Below, piece after piece: positions 1 through 7,982 of a DNA stretch of 53,795 nt. The position numbers were made by a program, and so were the translations under genes. The first letter of the stretch is position 1; the number at the start of each line of letters is the position of its first letter. The DNA is taken from IMG/VR virus record IMGVR_UViG_3300031949_000051, positions 1-53,795 of that record; one strand, written 5' to 3'. The notes below the pieces were generated by a model. That model searched no databases, had not been told where the DNA came from, and saw only the letters and a list, made by a program, of their open reading frames with translations. The DNA comes from a virus (lineage: Duplodnaviria > Caudoviricetes).

Positions 1-148
1 GCAGATAATCGAGTTCACCAATAAGTTCCTCCTCACCACACGCTCGCAACACGCAATCAACAGCATCTCAACCGTCGTAGATCGCAAAGGGAGGAACATG
101 ACGAAAGCAATCGTGCAAGGGGCGGCCAACCGCGAGATCAGGAGTTAC
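1..148. repeat. Terminal overlap, copy 1 (circular assembly)
   Basis: 1-148 matches 53648-53795 except T22 vs C53669; a reading frame runs across the junction. Confidence 0.97.
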
Positions 149-283
149 ATCGATCTCCACCTCGACGCGCTGGCGTTGCAAGCAAACACAGCGCCATCCG
201 CTGCAACTTTCGTGCTGGGGATACTTAACCTCACTCAAGCAAGCCCCCAAGTCACCGAGTTGGATAGGGTGCAGGCGTACTGA
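1..283 (+). CDS. 3' part of putative amidoligase (starts at 53106, crosses the junction)
   Basis: ORF 98..283 is in frame with the ORF starting GTG 53106 once circularised; about 274 aa in total. Confidence 0.85.
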   Translation, partial: QIIEFTNKFLLTTRSQHAINSISTVVDRKGRNMTKAIVQGAANREIRSYIDLHLDALALQANTAPSAATFVLGILNLTQASPQVTELDRVQAY

Positions 284-390
284 TGCCGGCAGACCGACTA
301 TCGAGTTGGATGATGCTGGTAACTTGTTTGCTCGCGGGCACCACGATGGTGCTCACATTTCTCGTGTTGAGGTGCTGCCGATGTGCGTGA
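283..390 (+). CDS. Small hydrophobic peptide (35 aa)
   Basis: ATG overlaps amidoligase stop (TGATG); MPADRLSSWMMLVTCLLAGTTMVLTFLVLRCCRCA has one TM-like stretch. Confidence 0.4.
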   Translation: MPADRLSSWMMLVTCLLAGTTMVLTFLVLRCCRCA

Positions 391-1700
391 TCATTGCTTG
401 TGTCAACAAGAAAGGGATCGTAACTCTCCCGATCCTCGAAGGCGCCGAACTGGCGAACGGTGATGGCGGAGGGATTGCGTGGCTTGACAACGCAGGCGCT
501 GCGTGCTGGAAGAAGGGGATCAAGGCGACCACGATCTGGAGGCTGATCAAGGAGCACAAGATCGCCCCGCCCTACGTTGTCCACTTCCGCATCGCAACCG
601 CTGGAGCCAAGTCGCGCGAACTCTGCCATCCTTTCCCAGTGACCGAGGATGCAACCCTCGCCCTCAGTGGCGCAGGTCCGCATCCACTCCTGTTCCATAA
701 CGGGCACTGGACATCATGGCGGAGCATGGTGCTGCAAGCGGCACTTACCAAGCCGAAGCTCCCCGATGGCGACTGGAGCGACTCGCGGGCGATGGCGTGG
801 CTTGCGCACCATTGCGGCTTGTCCGTGCTTGCGATGGTGGACGAGAAGATCGCCGCGCTCGATCCCATCGAGGCGGCCATTCGCTTCTTTGGCACGGGAT
901 GGTCGGAGTACCGCGGGATGTGGGTGAGCAATCAATCCTTTGCTTATCGCACCGACTACATAGAAAGCGAGAACAAGAAGGGGCGCAAGGGGAAGGGGAA
1001 GACAATCACCATACCGCTCGGCCCGAGCATCCCGTACGACACCGCAGACGAGCGTGGCTACGCGGCCGCGCTTGCGAGCGGCGAATACGACAAACGGGAT
1101 CTCACGCCTGCTGGCCGCAGCTTCTACAACACCGAGGAGCGCCGGTGGGTTTCCGAGAACGAGCGCAGGGTGAAGCAGTCCTGTCCGTCCGCTCCCATTG
1201 GTACTTCGCGCCCATCCTTGCCGGAACCCATGTGGGTCAAACTATCCGGCGGCTCGGAGGTGCGCACGCCATCGTACGGTGAGTACAAGCAACTCTGCGA
1301 CATCTGCACGAACAAGAGCAACACCCACTCGATCTGCCGCCCGACCATCGCTCCAGCCACCAATGCGAGCACTATTGATCTCTGCAAAGATTGCAAGGAT
1401 GCGTTCGTCAAACTCACTGAAGGCAGCCGCCCGGGGATTGCTTGGCGGGTGCTTGTCAAGGCCCGCGAAGCCAAGAGCAACGCCATCGGCATGGGAGCGG
1501 TGCGGGCGAACATAAGCACCCGGGGCATTCTAATCTCCGCTGAAGGCCAGATCGCCAAGTGGTCGCGGGAGCAGGAGAAGAAGTTGGCAAGGGTTGCTGG
1601 CGGATCGATAACGCCAGCGCCTGCTGCCAGCGCCTCGCCATCCGAGCTGCCAAGCAACGGGAGCGGAACGCTCGCTGCACCCACTCGCGAGGGAGCGTGA
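381..1700 (+). CDS. Class II (Ntn) glutamine amidotransferase with long C-terminal extension
   Basis: Start MCVIIAC (N-terminal Cys nucleophile) with GAGGTG RBS; NGDGGG, HFRIATAG, CHPF, LFHNG, SDS motifs; CxxC pairs in tail. Confidence 0.88.
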   Translation: MCVIIACVNKKGIVTLPILEGAELANGDGGGIAWLDNAGAACWKKGIKATTIWRLIKEHKIAPPYVVHFRIATAGAKSRELCHPFPVTEDATLALSGAGPHPLLFHNGHWTSWRSMVLQAALTKPKLPDGDWSDSRAMAWLAHHCGLSVLAMVDEKIAALDPIEAAIRFFGTGWSEYRGMWVSNQSFAYRTDYIESENKKGRKGKGKTITIPLGPSIPYDTADERGYAAALASGEYDKRDLTPAGRSFYNTEERRWVSENERRVKQSCPSAPIGTSRPSLPEPMWVKLSGGSEVRTPSYGEYKQLCDICTNKSNTHSICRPTIAPATNASTIDLCKDCKDAFVKLTEGSRPGIAWRVLVKAREAKSNAIGMGAVRANISTRGILISAEGQIAKWSREQEKKLARVAGGSITPAPAASASPSELPSNGSGTLAAPTREGA

Positions 1701-1963
1701 TTCCCTTCTGGGCTACGCACAACGCCAGATTGGTGGATCGCACCCGCTGTCCGGGTTGCCGTCGTTTCAGCTTAGAGCACATCGGCGAGCTGGGAAGCGG
1801 CGTGCCAATCTGGCGTTGCCGGCGATGCTTGAAAATGTGGCAGCCTTACGAGGCGATCAGCCACACTCAGCGGAAAATCGCTCGCGTCTGCGTGGGGCTG
1901 CTACGAGAAATACGATTCGACGGCAAGCCCGGATACACGTTCGCGGCGCGAGGGCGTGCGTGA
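1697..1963 (+). CDS. Zn-ribbon hypothetical protein
   Basis: GTG overlapping upstream stop; CPGC...CRRC. Confidence 0.6.
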   Translation: MIPFWATHNARLVDRTRCPGCRRFSLEHIGELGSGVPIWRCRRCLKMWQPYEAISHTQRKIARVCVGLLREIRFDGKPGYTFAARGRA

Positions 1964-2118
1964 GCGCGCAACGCCCGGGCGAACGCGCACCGCCCCCATC
2001 TGGCCGCCGGGCGAATGGGGCTTGCGCGGCAGGGAGCTGGAGCGTATGTTGCAGCCGAACCGCAGCATCCTGCCATCGGGGCGGGACCAAGCGAGCGGTT
2101 CAGCGTTGAGGAGAAGCT

Positions 2119-2376
2119 ATGGCACAGATAATCACCTGTCCGTTCTGCGGCGAGGATTACGATATTGCCGACCTGAATGACGCGGCCGCGCTCACACCCA
2201 AGCTGGCGCTTGAGTGGTTCTACCGGAAAGGCTGCGGATACGTATTTGAGGGGCGTGTGTGTGAGTCAGGGTGCGACGAAACCACCGCCTCCGCACACGC
2301 ACCCGATTTGAACACGGAGGGAGAGGACCCTGAGTTGATTGCGCTCCTTGAGTCGCTTGGAGTGCCGGCAGTCTAA
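2119..2376 (+). CDS. Cys-rich hypothetical protein
   Basis: GAGGAG RBS; CPFC plus further Cys. Confidence 0.7.
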   Translation: MAQIITCPFCGEDYDIADLNDAAALTPKLALEWFYRKGCGYVFEGRVCESGCDETTASAHAPDLNTEGEDPELIALLESLGVPAV

Positions 2377-2401
2377 CGCATGCTCGCTTGGAGATAAGCC
2401 G

Positions 2402-2662
2402 ATGCGATTTATGATCGTAGGTGGCGTACCTGTCTCTCTCGATCCATCACCAAAGGCACAACCCACCCCGTTCAATCCCGTGATTCACCCGGAGAAGGTG
2501 CGCGATCTCCTGTTCAAGCTCGCCAGCATCGCAAGCGAACGCGAGGCCAAGCGGGAGCGGAGCAGGCGGCGGATGATTCACGTCACCGCACCGCGCCGCG
2601 TTCAACGCGAGCGTTCCGAGGAGCGTCGCTTCAAGTCCGCGTTGCAGGGAAGGCGGGCGTAG
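2402..2662 (+). CDS. Hypothetical protein
   Basis: GGAG RBS before ATG 2402; Arg-rich C-terminus. Confidence 0.6.
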   Translation: MRFMIVGGVPVSLDPSPKAQPTPFNPVIHPEKVRDLLFKLASIASEREAKRERSRRRMIHVTAPRRVQRERSEERRFKSALQGRRA

Positions 2663-2665
2663 CCG

Positions 2666-2854
2666 GTGAACATCAACCGCGCCAACATTGACGGTTTGCT
2701 ATCCGCCGCCAAGCAACTCGCAGAAGCGATCCGCTTTTGGATCAAGGTGTACAAGGCGCAAGGAGGGCACATAGATTACTCAGCCAACAGGGATGCGTGC
2801 TCCGCTAAGTTCGAGCGTGCGTTGGGTGCTTGGACAAAGGCGAATCTCAAATGA
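2666..2854 (+). CDS. Hypothetical protein
   Basis: Tightly packed in early operon; stop overlaps next ATG. Confidence 0.6.
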   Translation: MNINRANIDGLLSAAKQLAEAIRFWIKVYKAQGGHIDYSANRDACSAKFERALGAWTKANLK

Positions 2855-3081
2855 GCGCCCGCGACGACGCGGCGATCCAAGCGCCGCACGCGATCATGGA
2901 TCGGCTGAACGCACAAGCGGTGGCGTTGCCAGCCGCTCCGCTCAAGCTGGAACCCGGGCGCCCGACGTGCGCGTACTGCGACGCTCCGCTTAGGCGCCTG
3001 CTTGTAGGCACCGCTTTCCGCACCCGTTGCGGGGCGTGCGATGTGATCTGGGTGCTCAAGATGAAGGAGGGAGAAGCGTGA
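2851..3081 (+). CDS. Zn-ribbon hypothetical protein
   Basis: ATGA overlap; CAYC...CGAC. Confidence 0.6.
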   Translation: MSARDDAAIQAPHAIMDRLNAQAVALPAAPLKLEPGRPTCAYCDAPLRRLLVGTAFRTRCGACDVIWVLKMKEGEA

Positions 3082-3218
3082 ACGCCCGCTACGACGAACT
3101 CGATAGATTGGCCAACTCACTCCAAGAAGCAATCGCCACAGGTGATCTCAGCGGTGCATTGTCGCTTGCTCAAGACATCGTGAAGTTGCTTTCAAAGAGG
3201 ACAAAAGGAGGTGATTAA
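3078..3218 (+). CDS. Small helical hypothetical protein
   Basis: AAGGAGG RBS, GTGA overlap. Confidence 0.6.
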   Translation: MNARYDELDRLANSLQEAIATGDLSGALSLAQDIVKLLSKRTKGGD

Positions 3219-3368
3219 TTGGCTACGCACTGGATGGGTTGCAACCGCACGCACGCCAGCAAGCATGATCCCACGTGGAAGCTGCTGCTTGGTCAGCTTG
3301 TGGGCGCGCTTGCAATGATCGGCTTGGGAGCGGCGCTCCTGTGGGTCATGGTGAGGATGGGAGGGTGA
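3219..3368 (+). CDS. Small membrane protein (49 aa)
   Basis: AGGAGGTG RBS, TTG start; LLLGQLVGALAMIGLGAALLWVMV TM segment. Confidence 0.55.
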   Translation: MATHWMGCNRTHASKHDPTWKLLLGQLVGALAMIGLGAALLWVMVRMGG

Positions 3369-3739
3369 GTCGCGCCAGGTGGCTGTACGACAAGTATATG
3401 TCAGACTGGAGATTGTGGCTCAATTCGGAACAGCGGAGCAATCCCGCTCCGTGCTCAGAGGGAGGCAAGCGAATGAATCAAGCAAGCGAGCAAGGCAAGC
3501 GGATTTGGAGGGTGACAATCAGCCGGAGCGTGCCCGATTCTATCGCGCCACACAAAGTCAAGTATCTATCCGCCGATTCGGTGGAGTCGCTTAGGGCGCT
3601 GCTGGCGGACATTCTGTTGCCGACAAAGGCTGGCGCGGCAACGAATATTACGATCAGCGTGATCTCCGAGCGACGCAAGGAGCCGGTTCCCGATCAGCGG
3701 AAGCCTTGCTGCTCACCCGACAAGCACGCAAGCTGTTGA
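3365..3739 (+). CDS. Hypothetical protein
   Basis: GGGAGG RBS, GTGA overlap; alternative internal ATG near 3473. Confidence 0.5.
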   Translation: MSRARWLYDKYMSDWRLWLNSEQRSNPAPCSEGGKRMNQASEQGKRIWRVTISRSVPDSIAPHKVKYLSADSVESLRALLADILLPTKAGAATNITISVISERRKEPVPDQRKPCCSPDKHASC

Positions 3740-3851
3740 AAAATGGCTCGCGCATACGCCCGCGCCCGCGCCAGTACGTGCCACCGAGCGACACGGCGGC
3801 TCACCGTACCGGCCGGGCGGGGCGGAGCCGGGGGGTGCGACAATTCGGCGC

Positions 3852-3880
3852 TTGACAAACCGGCCTTGTCGCGGTATTGT
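3852..3880 (+). promoter_or_regulatory. Sigma70-type promoter
   Basis: TTGACA-17 nt-TATTGT upstream of 3950. Confidence 0.75.
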
Positions 3881-3949
3881 TGATTTTGACGCGACCGCTC
3901 CGCCTCGGATAATCCAAGGCCGGGCCGGTCGCACAGCGGAAGGTGCAGC

Positions 3950-4630
3950 ATGGATAACGCAAGGCACGAAACGGCAGCGGAGAAGCGCGTCAGACTCGCG
4001 GCAGAACTTGCCGAACTTGAACCGGAGCCGGAAGGCGAGCCGGAAGCGGGAGATCCGGAGCCGGAGCCGGTCGCGTTGACGGACAAGCAGATCGCGGTGC
4101 TATCCGTCAAGGTGGCTCGCGGGACGGCCACGCCCGATGAGCAGGCGTCGCTTCGGTCCGCGCTCAAACTGGGAGGCGGTAGCAAGAAGCCTGTCGATCC
4201 ATCCGCAACTCGGTGTGAGGTCCAGCCGGAGGGGACAGCGTATTCTACGCTTGCAAAGTACGAGGGCAAGCGCGGGACGGTATGTTCCTACTGCTCCGCT
4301 GGATACCGCAAGGCCCACAAGAAGGAATGCCGCAATTGGCGCGAAGTAACGGATGCTTCCAAGGCTCCGCTCCTGATGGTCTACAACGAGGCGTTTCGGC
4401 AACTCGGAGAAGAGCGGCGCGTCAAGTATGGGCCGTCGGAGGCGCTTATCCTGCTCTGGTCATTCCTGAGCGGGCGGTTCGAGGCGGCGGTATTCCCGGC
4501 GCTTGATAGCCTACTCGGAGCGTTCGGTCCCGGCGAGATTGAGCCGCAAGCGATCGAAGCGATCAAGGCGTCCCGGGCGGCGTGGATCACGGCCGCGAGC
4601 CGCAAGGTGAAGGGGGCCGCGTCGCGGTAG
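3950..4630 (+). CDS. Hypothetical protein (monocistronic; acidic/Pro N-terminus, CxxC-H-C cluster)
   Basis: Own promoter and terminator, GGAAGG RBS, 226 aa. Confidence 0.8.
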   Translation: MDNARHETAAEKRVRLAAELAELEPEPEGEPEAGDPEPEPVALTDKQIAVLSVKVARGTATPDEQASLRSALKLGGGSKKPVDPSATRCEVQPEGTAYSTLAKYEGKRGTVCSYCSAGYRKAHKKECRNWREVTDASKAPLLMVYNEAFRQLGEERRVKYGPSEALILLWSFLSGRFEAAVFPALDSLLGAFGPGEIEPQAIEAIKASRAAWITAASRKVKGAASR

Positions 4631-4660
4631 GGCACGCGCTTAGGCGGGTTTGATACCGCG

Positions 4661-4691
4661 GCAGGGTGGAGCAATCCACCCTGCTTTTTTT
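4661..4691 (+). terminator. Intrinsic terminator
   Basis: GCAGGGTGGA-GCAA-TCCACCCTGC followed by T7. Confidence 0.9.
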
Positions 4692-4703
4692 GTGTTCAGC
4701 TAC

Positions 4704-5110
4704 CGCATAATTATGCGTCCGCCTGCATAATTATTCATCCGCTCATAGCACACGCTCTGCGCTTCGCCGCGCCATCGCATCCGCCATCCGCTGCATCGTC
4801 GCGCTGCGCTGCATCGTCGCATCCTCTGCGTTGAGTATCGTACAGTATGCTCCGTTGAGCATATGTGCACGCAAGCAAGCAACATTGATTGCCGCCGTTG
4901 CGCCAGCTGCGCAAGCAACCTTGCCTCGCTTCCCTTGCCGCAGCAAGCGCCCGCCCCTTGCTTGCTTGACCGTCCCGCCGCAAGCGTCCACATCCGCCAA
5001 GCGTTCACGCGCAAGCAACGTTGATCGCCAAGCATCCGCCCATGCCCGCATCGCAGCCGCCGCCGACGGGGGGGCCGGACCCCCCTTCCGATTTGCCGCC
5101 CTACCCCCCC
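4704..5110. repeat. Repeat-rich non-coding region upstream of terS (candidate genome end / pac region)
   Basis: Palindrome CGCATAATTATGCG at 4704 with near copy at 4724; CGCTGCATCGTCGC twice; many (G)CAAGC/CTTGC units; G7 and C6/C7 runs. Confidence 0.5.
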
Positions 5111-5239
5111 GGAAAGCTCTCCCGCATCCCGTACATCGAAAAAGGGTTTTGGGATCGCGGAAGTGGGGGGAGGTGCTGCGGGTGCAGCAGGTTGCGCCCG
5201 GGCAGCACAGCGGGCGAGCGGCGACGCGGCAGGCGGGAC

Positions 5240-5268
5240 TTGACAACCGGGCCGCCAGCGCGTACGCT
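5240..5268 (+). promoter_or_regulatory. Sigma70-type promoter for terS (probably leaderless mRNA)
   Basis: TTGACA-17 nt-TACGCT, then 6 nt to GTG 5275. Confidence 0.7.
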
Positions 5269-5274
5269 CTCCTC

Positions 5275-5937
5275 GTGGACCATCCCATCAACCAGCCGTC
5301 CACAACGGCAGCCGCACCTGCCGCGCTCGACGGGGCCGGGCCACCTGACTCTCCTCCCAGTCAGTCTGCGGTGGCTCGGCTCCGCCCTCCTTATAATCCA
5401 GCGCAGCTTCGCGGCAAACGTGGCACGTACATCGTCACGCCGGCGGAGAAGCGCACCCGCTTCGACATCGCTTCGCGCCTCCTCTTCACCGGCAGCCGCA
5501 CTCCCGACATTGGCAAAGCACTCAAGATCAGCACCCGCCAAGCACAGCGGATGCTCCGCGACAAGGAGTTCAACGATCACTATGATGAGTATCGGAAGGC
5601 GCAGATGTCCTCGCTCGACCGCGCCATCCAGGGCCGCATCGTCGAACTCCTGCCCATCATCCCCAGCCGGATGCGCGAGCTGATCATGCAGGACGACAGC
5701 CGCGAGGTTGCTTTCCGCGCCTGCGAGGCTGTGCTCGACCGCTGCGGAGTCAAGATGACTCAATCCGAAGCTCCCCGCTCGCTCATGCCCGCCCAGATGG
5801 AGGCACTGAAGAATGCAGCCAGCATCGTTCTCGACGGTTTCACGCGACGCGCCCCCGCTTTGCCCGGACCATCTGATGACACAGAAGCAAGTGGCAAGGG
5901 TGTTGGGGATCGACCCAGCGACAGTCTCGAAGATTGA
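5275..5937 (+). CDS. terS: Terminase small subunit (putative)
   Basis: HTH-like TPDIGKALKISTRQAQRML, helical core ending ACEAVLDRCG; upstream of TerL; start inferred from promoter. Confidence 0.65.
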   Translation: MDHPINQPSTTAAAPAALDGAGPPDSPPSQSAVARLRPPYNPAQLRGKRGTYIVTPAEKRTRFDIASRLLFTGSRTPDIGKALKISTRQAQRMLRDKEFNDHYDEYRKAQMSSLDRAIQGRIVELLPIIPSRMRELIMQDDSREVAFRACEAVLDRCGVKMTQSEAPRSLMPAQMEALKNAASIVLDGFTRRAPALPGPSDDTEASGKGVGDRPSDSLED

Positions 5938-6085
5938 GAGGCGGGCGTTGAGCAAGCTCCGCGTTGCGCTCGAAGCGCAAGGCATCACCCGCCAGCAGAT
6001 CGCCTCCGCTCGCCTTTCCCACGATGACGGAACCAGCAGCCTCTTCCGCACCATTTTTAACGACCGACCTCAGCCGGGCCGTTGA
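5876..6085 (+). CDS. Stand-alone sigma70 region-4-like HTH protein
   Basis: MTQKQVARVLGIDPATVSKIERRALSKLR fits the sigma r4.2 pattern; overlaps terS end and terL start. Confidence 0.6.
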   Translation: MTQKQVARVLGIDPATVSKIERRALSKLRVALEAQGITRQQIASARLSHDDGTSSLFRTIFNDRPQPGR

Positions 6086-7850
6086 GGCTGGGCAGCACGC
6101 CGACCCGAGCAACGAGGCTCGCAACCTCGTGCTGCTCGCCGCCGAGCGCGATCTCTTCTTCGTTGCCACCGTCATTTGCGGCTTCTCCCGTCTCGATCCG
6201 CTGCGCCACCGCGCTCCGTGCGAGTTCATCCAACGCATCTCCCAGACCCCGATGGCGGTGGGATTGTATGAGGACCCCCGTGGCGTCGGCAAGTCGAGCA
6301 TTGCCACCGTCAGCAACCCCATCCAGATCATCATCAGCCCGCCGCTTCCGGGCACCCCCTGGGCCGGCGCCGACACCACCTTCGTCATCGCGTCGAAGAA
6401 GAAGGAGCGCGCATCGGCGTTCCTCTCCCTCATCAAGGAGCACTGGGAGCGCAACGAGCTTCTCCGTTGGGCGCGCCCCGACATCCGCCCTGACATCGGC
6501 AAGAAGTGGGCGACCGATGCCGCCTCCCTTATCCGCCCCAACATGAGCGCCGACGTGACCTACCTCACCGCCGGCACCGACACCGGCCAGACCGGCGCCC
6601 ACGCCCATCAGTGGCGCGGCGACGACTTCATCGACGACACCAACTGGTTCTCCCCCACTGAGATCAATCGCGCCCGTGACTTCATTCGCGCTTCCCAGGG
6701 TGTCGTGCAGCCGCACTACGGCTCGCGCCTCATCACCGAGAACCAGTGGGCGCTCTTCGACGTGAATCACTGGCTGAAGAACCCGGAGGAGTACCCGCGC
6801 GAGGAACGCTTCGAGGCGCGCGTCGACGTGTTCAGCCGCGGTCTCACCTCCTGCGACGACTGCATCAACGGACGCGCCCAGCTCCCCGACGGCCGCCCCG
6901 CTCCGCACGCCCACGAGCCCCCCATCTACCCCCTTCTGCGCTGGCAGCCCGGCGACAAGGCGACTCCGCCCAAGCCTTTCACGATGGAGTCCATCGAGGA
7001 GCTGCGCAAGCAGTGGGGATCGCGGATGTACTCCGCCCAAGGCGAGAACGACCCGCTCGATCCCACCATGCTCAAGCTCCGGGACGAGTGGCTGCACCGA
7101 TACCACCTTGAGAAGGACGAGCGCAAGCGAACCGCCATCATCCACTTCCGCGCCCCGGAGATGCGCGAGCCGGCGGCGGTCGATGTACGCACCCTCTACC
7201 GGGTGATGATGTTCGATCCCGGCCACAATCCGCAGGCCAAGGGTGCCTGCCGCACCGCCTGTGTTGCCGCCGCCTTCCACGAGCCCACCGGCATCTTCTT
7301 CGAGCTTGAATCGTGGGCGGCGAAGCTGGAGCCGCTCGACGGGATCACCAAAGCCATCGAAACCTACATCCGCTGGGCGCCCAACCGGGTCGGAGTCGAG
7401 CGCATCGGCTTCCAGCGCATCATCGGCCCGTTGATGATCCGCGAGCTTCGCGAGCGCTGGGGCATCACCGGCCTCACCTCCGGCCCGGAAGGCGATCCCG
7501 AGCACAACATCTGGCTGATGGGCGCTCCGGGGGACAAGGATGCCCGCATCGAGGGCGCTTTGGAGCCGCTCGGAAACACTGGTCGCATGTACGTGCGTAC
7601 CGAGGCTCACCAGCTCATCGAGGAGTGGCGCAAGTTCCCGATGTGGACGTACAAGGACATCCTCGACTGCCTTGCCATGCTCCCGCGGATGCTCACCGGG
7701 CGCTACAAGGTCGATCCCGCCAAGCGATCCGCCCAGCTTGAGAACTCCCGGCGCCGCCGCGCGCGGATGTTTGCCGGGCGGGACACGATCACGGGGTATA
7801 TGGTCAACTGGGTGCTGATCGGCGCATCCTGTTTGCTCCAACTTGCTTGA
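6024..7850 (+). CDS. terL: Terminase large subunit
   Basis: Walker A PRGVGKS, TGAH...GDD Walker B region, nuclease FDPG, GVERIGFQ, KDARI, FP...KDILDCLA. Confidence 0.92.
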   Translation: MTEPAASSAPFLTTDLSRAVEAGQHADPSNEARNLVLLAAERDLFFVATVICGFSRLDPLRHRAPCEFIQRISQTPMAVGLYEDPRGVGKSSIATVSNPIQIIISPPLPGTPWAGADTTFVIASKKKERASAFLSLIKEHWERNELLRWARPDIRPDIGKKWATDAASLIRPNMSADVTYLTAGTDTGQTGAHAHQWRGDDFIDDTNWFSPTEINRARDFIRASQGVVQPHYGSRLITENQWALFDVNHWLKNPEEYPREERFEARVDVFSRGLTSCDDCINGRAQLPDGRPAPHAHEPPIYPLLRWQPGDKATPPKPFTMESIEELRKQWGSRMYSAQGENDPLDPTMLKLRDEWLHRYHLEKDERKRTAIIHFRAPEMREPAAVDVRTLYRVMMFDPGHNPQAKGACRTACVAAAFHEPTGIFFELESWAAKLEPLDGITKAIETYIRWAPNRVGVERIGFQRIIGPLMIRELRERWGITGLTSGPEGDPEHNIWLMGAPGDKDARIEGALEPLGNTGRMYVRTEAHQLIEEWRKFPMWTYKDILDCLAMLPRMLTGRYKVDPAKRSAQLENSRRRRARMFAGRDTITGYMVNWVLIGASCLLQLA

Positions 7851-7887
7851 GGCGCAATCGACCATAAATGGTGTGCATGTGACCAAC

Positions 7888-7922
7888 CGATGGAAAGACC
7901 TCCGCCCCTTGTGTGCTACGCT
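7888..7922 (+). promoter_or_regulatory. Putative late promoter (copy 1)
   Basis: CGATGGAAAG-N7-CCCCTTGTGTGCTACGCT; extended -10 TGCTACGCT; matches 11795-11829. Confidence 0.65.
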
Positions 7923-7982
7923 CCTTGTGGAGAACACATGATCACCACCAGCTCGCTTTCCTCAGCCGGCACCACGAAGTAG

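Noticed and set aside
1-148. Biological direct terminal repeat
   Set aside because: Falls mid-gene and has the size of an assembler overlap.
306-380. Start of the GATase at 306
   Set aside because: Class II GATases need an N-terminal Cys; ATG-TGC at 381 has an RBS.
4831-5274. N-terminal 148 codons of the 368-aa ORF
   Set aside because: Runs through the repeat region upstream of a good promoter; GTG 5275 is the more plausible start.
6057-7937. Long antisense ORFs (also 18628-20148, 33318-35090, 30963-32267, 41898-42953)
   Set aside because: Shadow frames expected opposite high-GC genes; no motifs or RBS.
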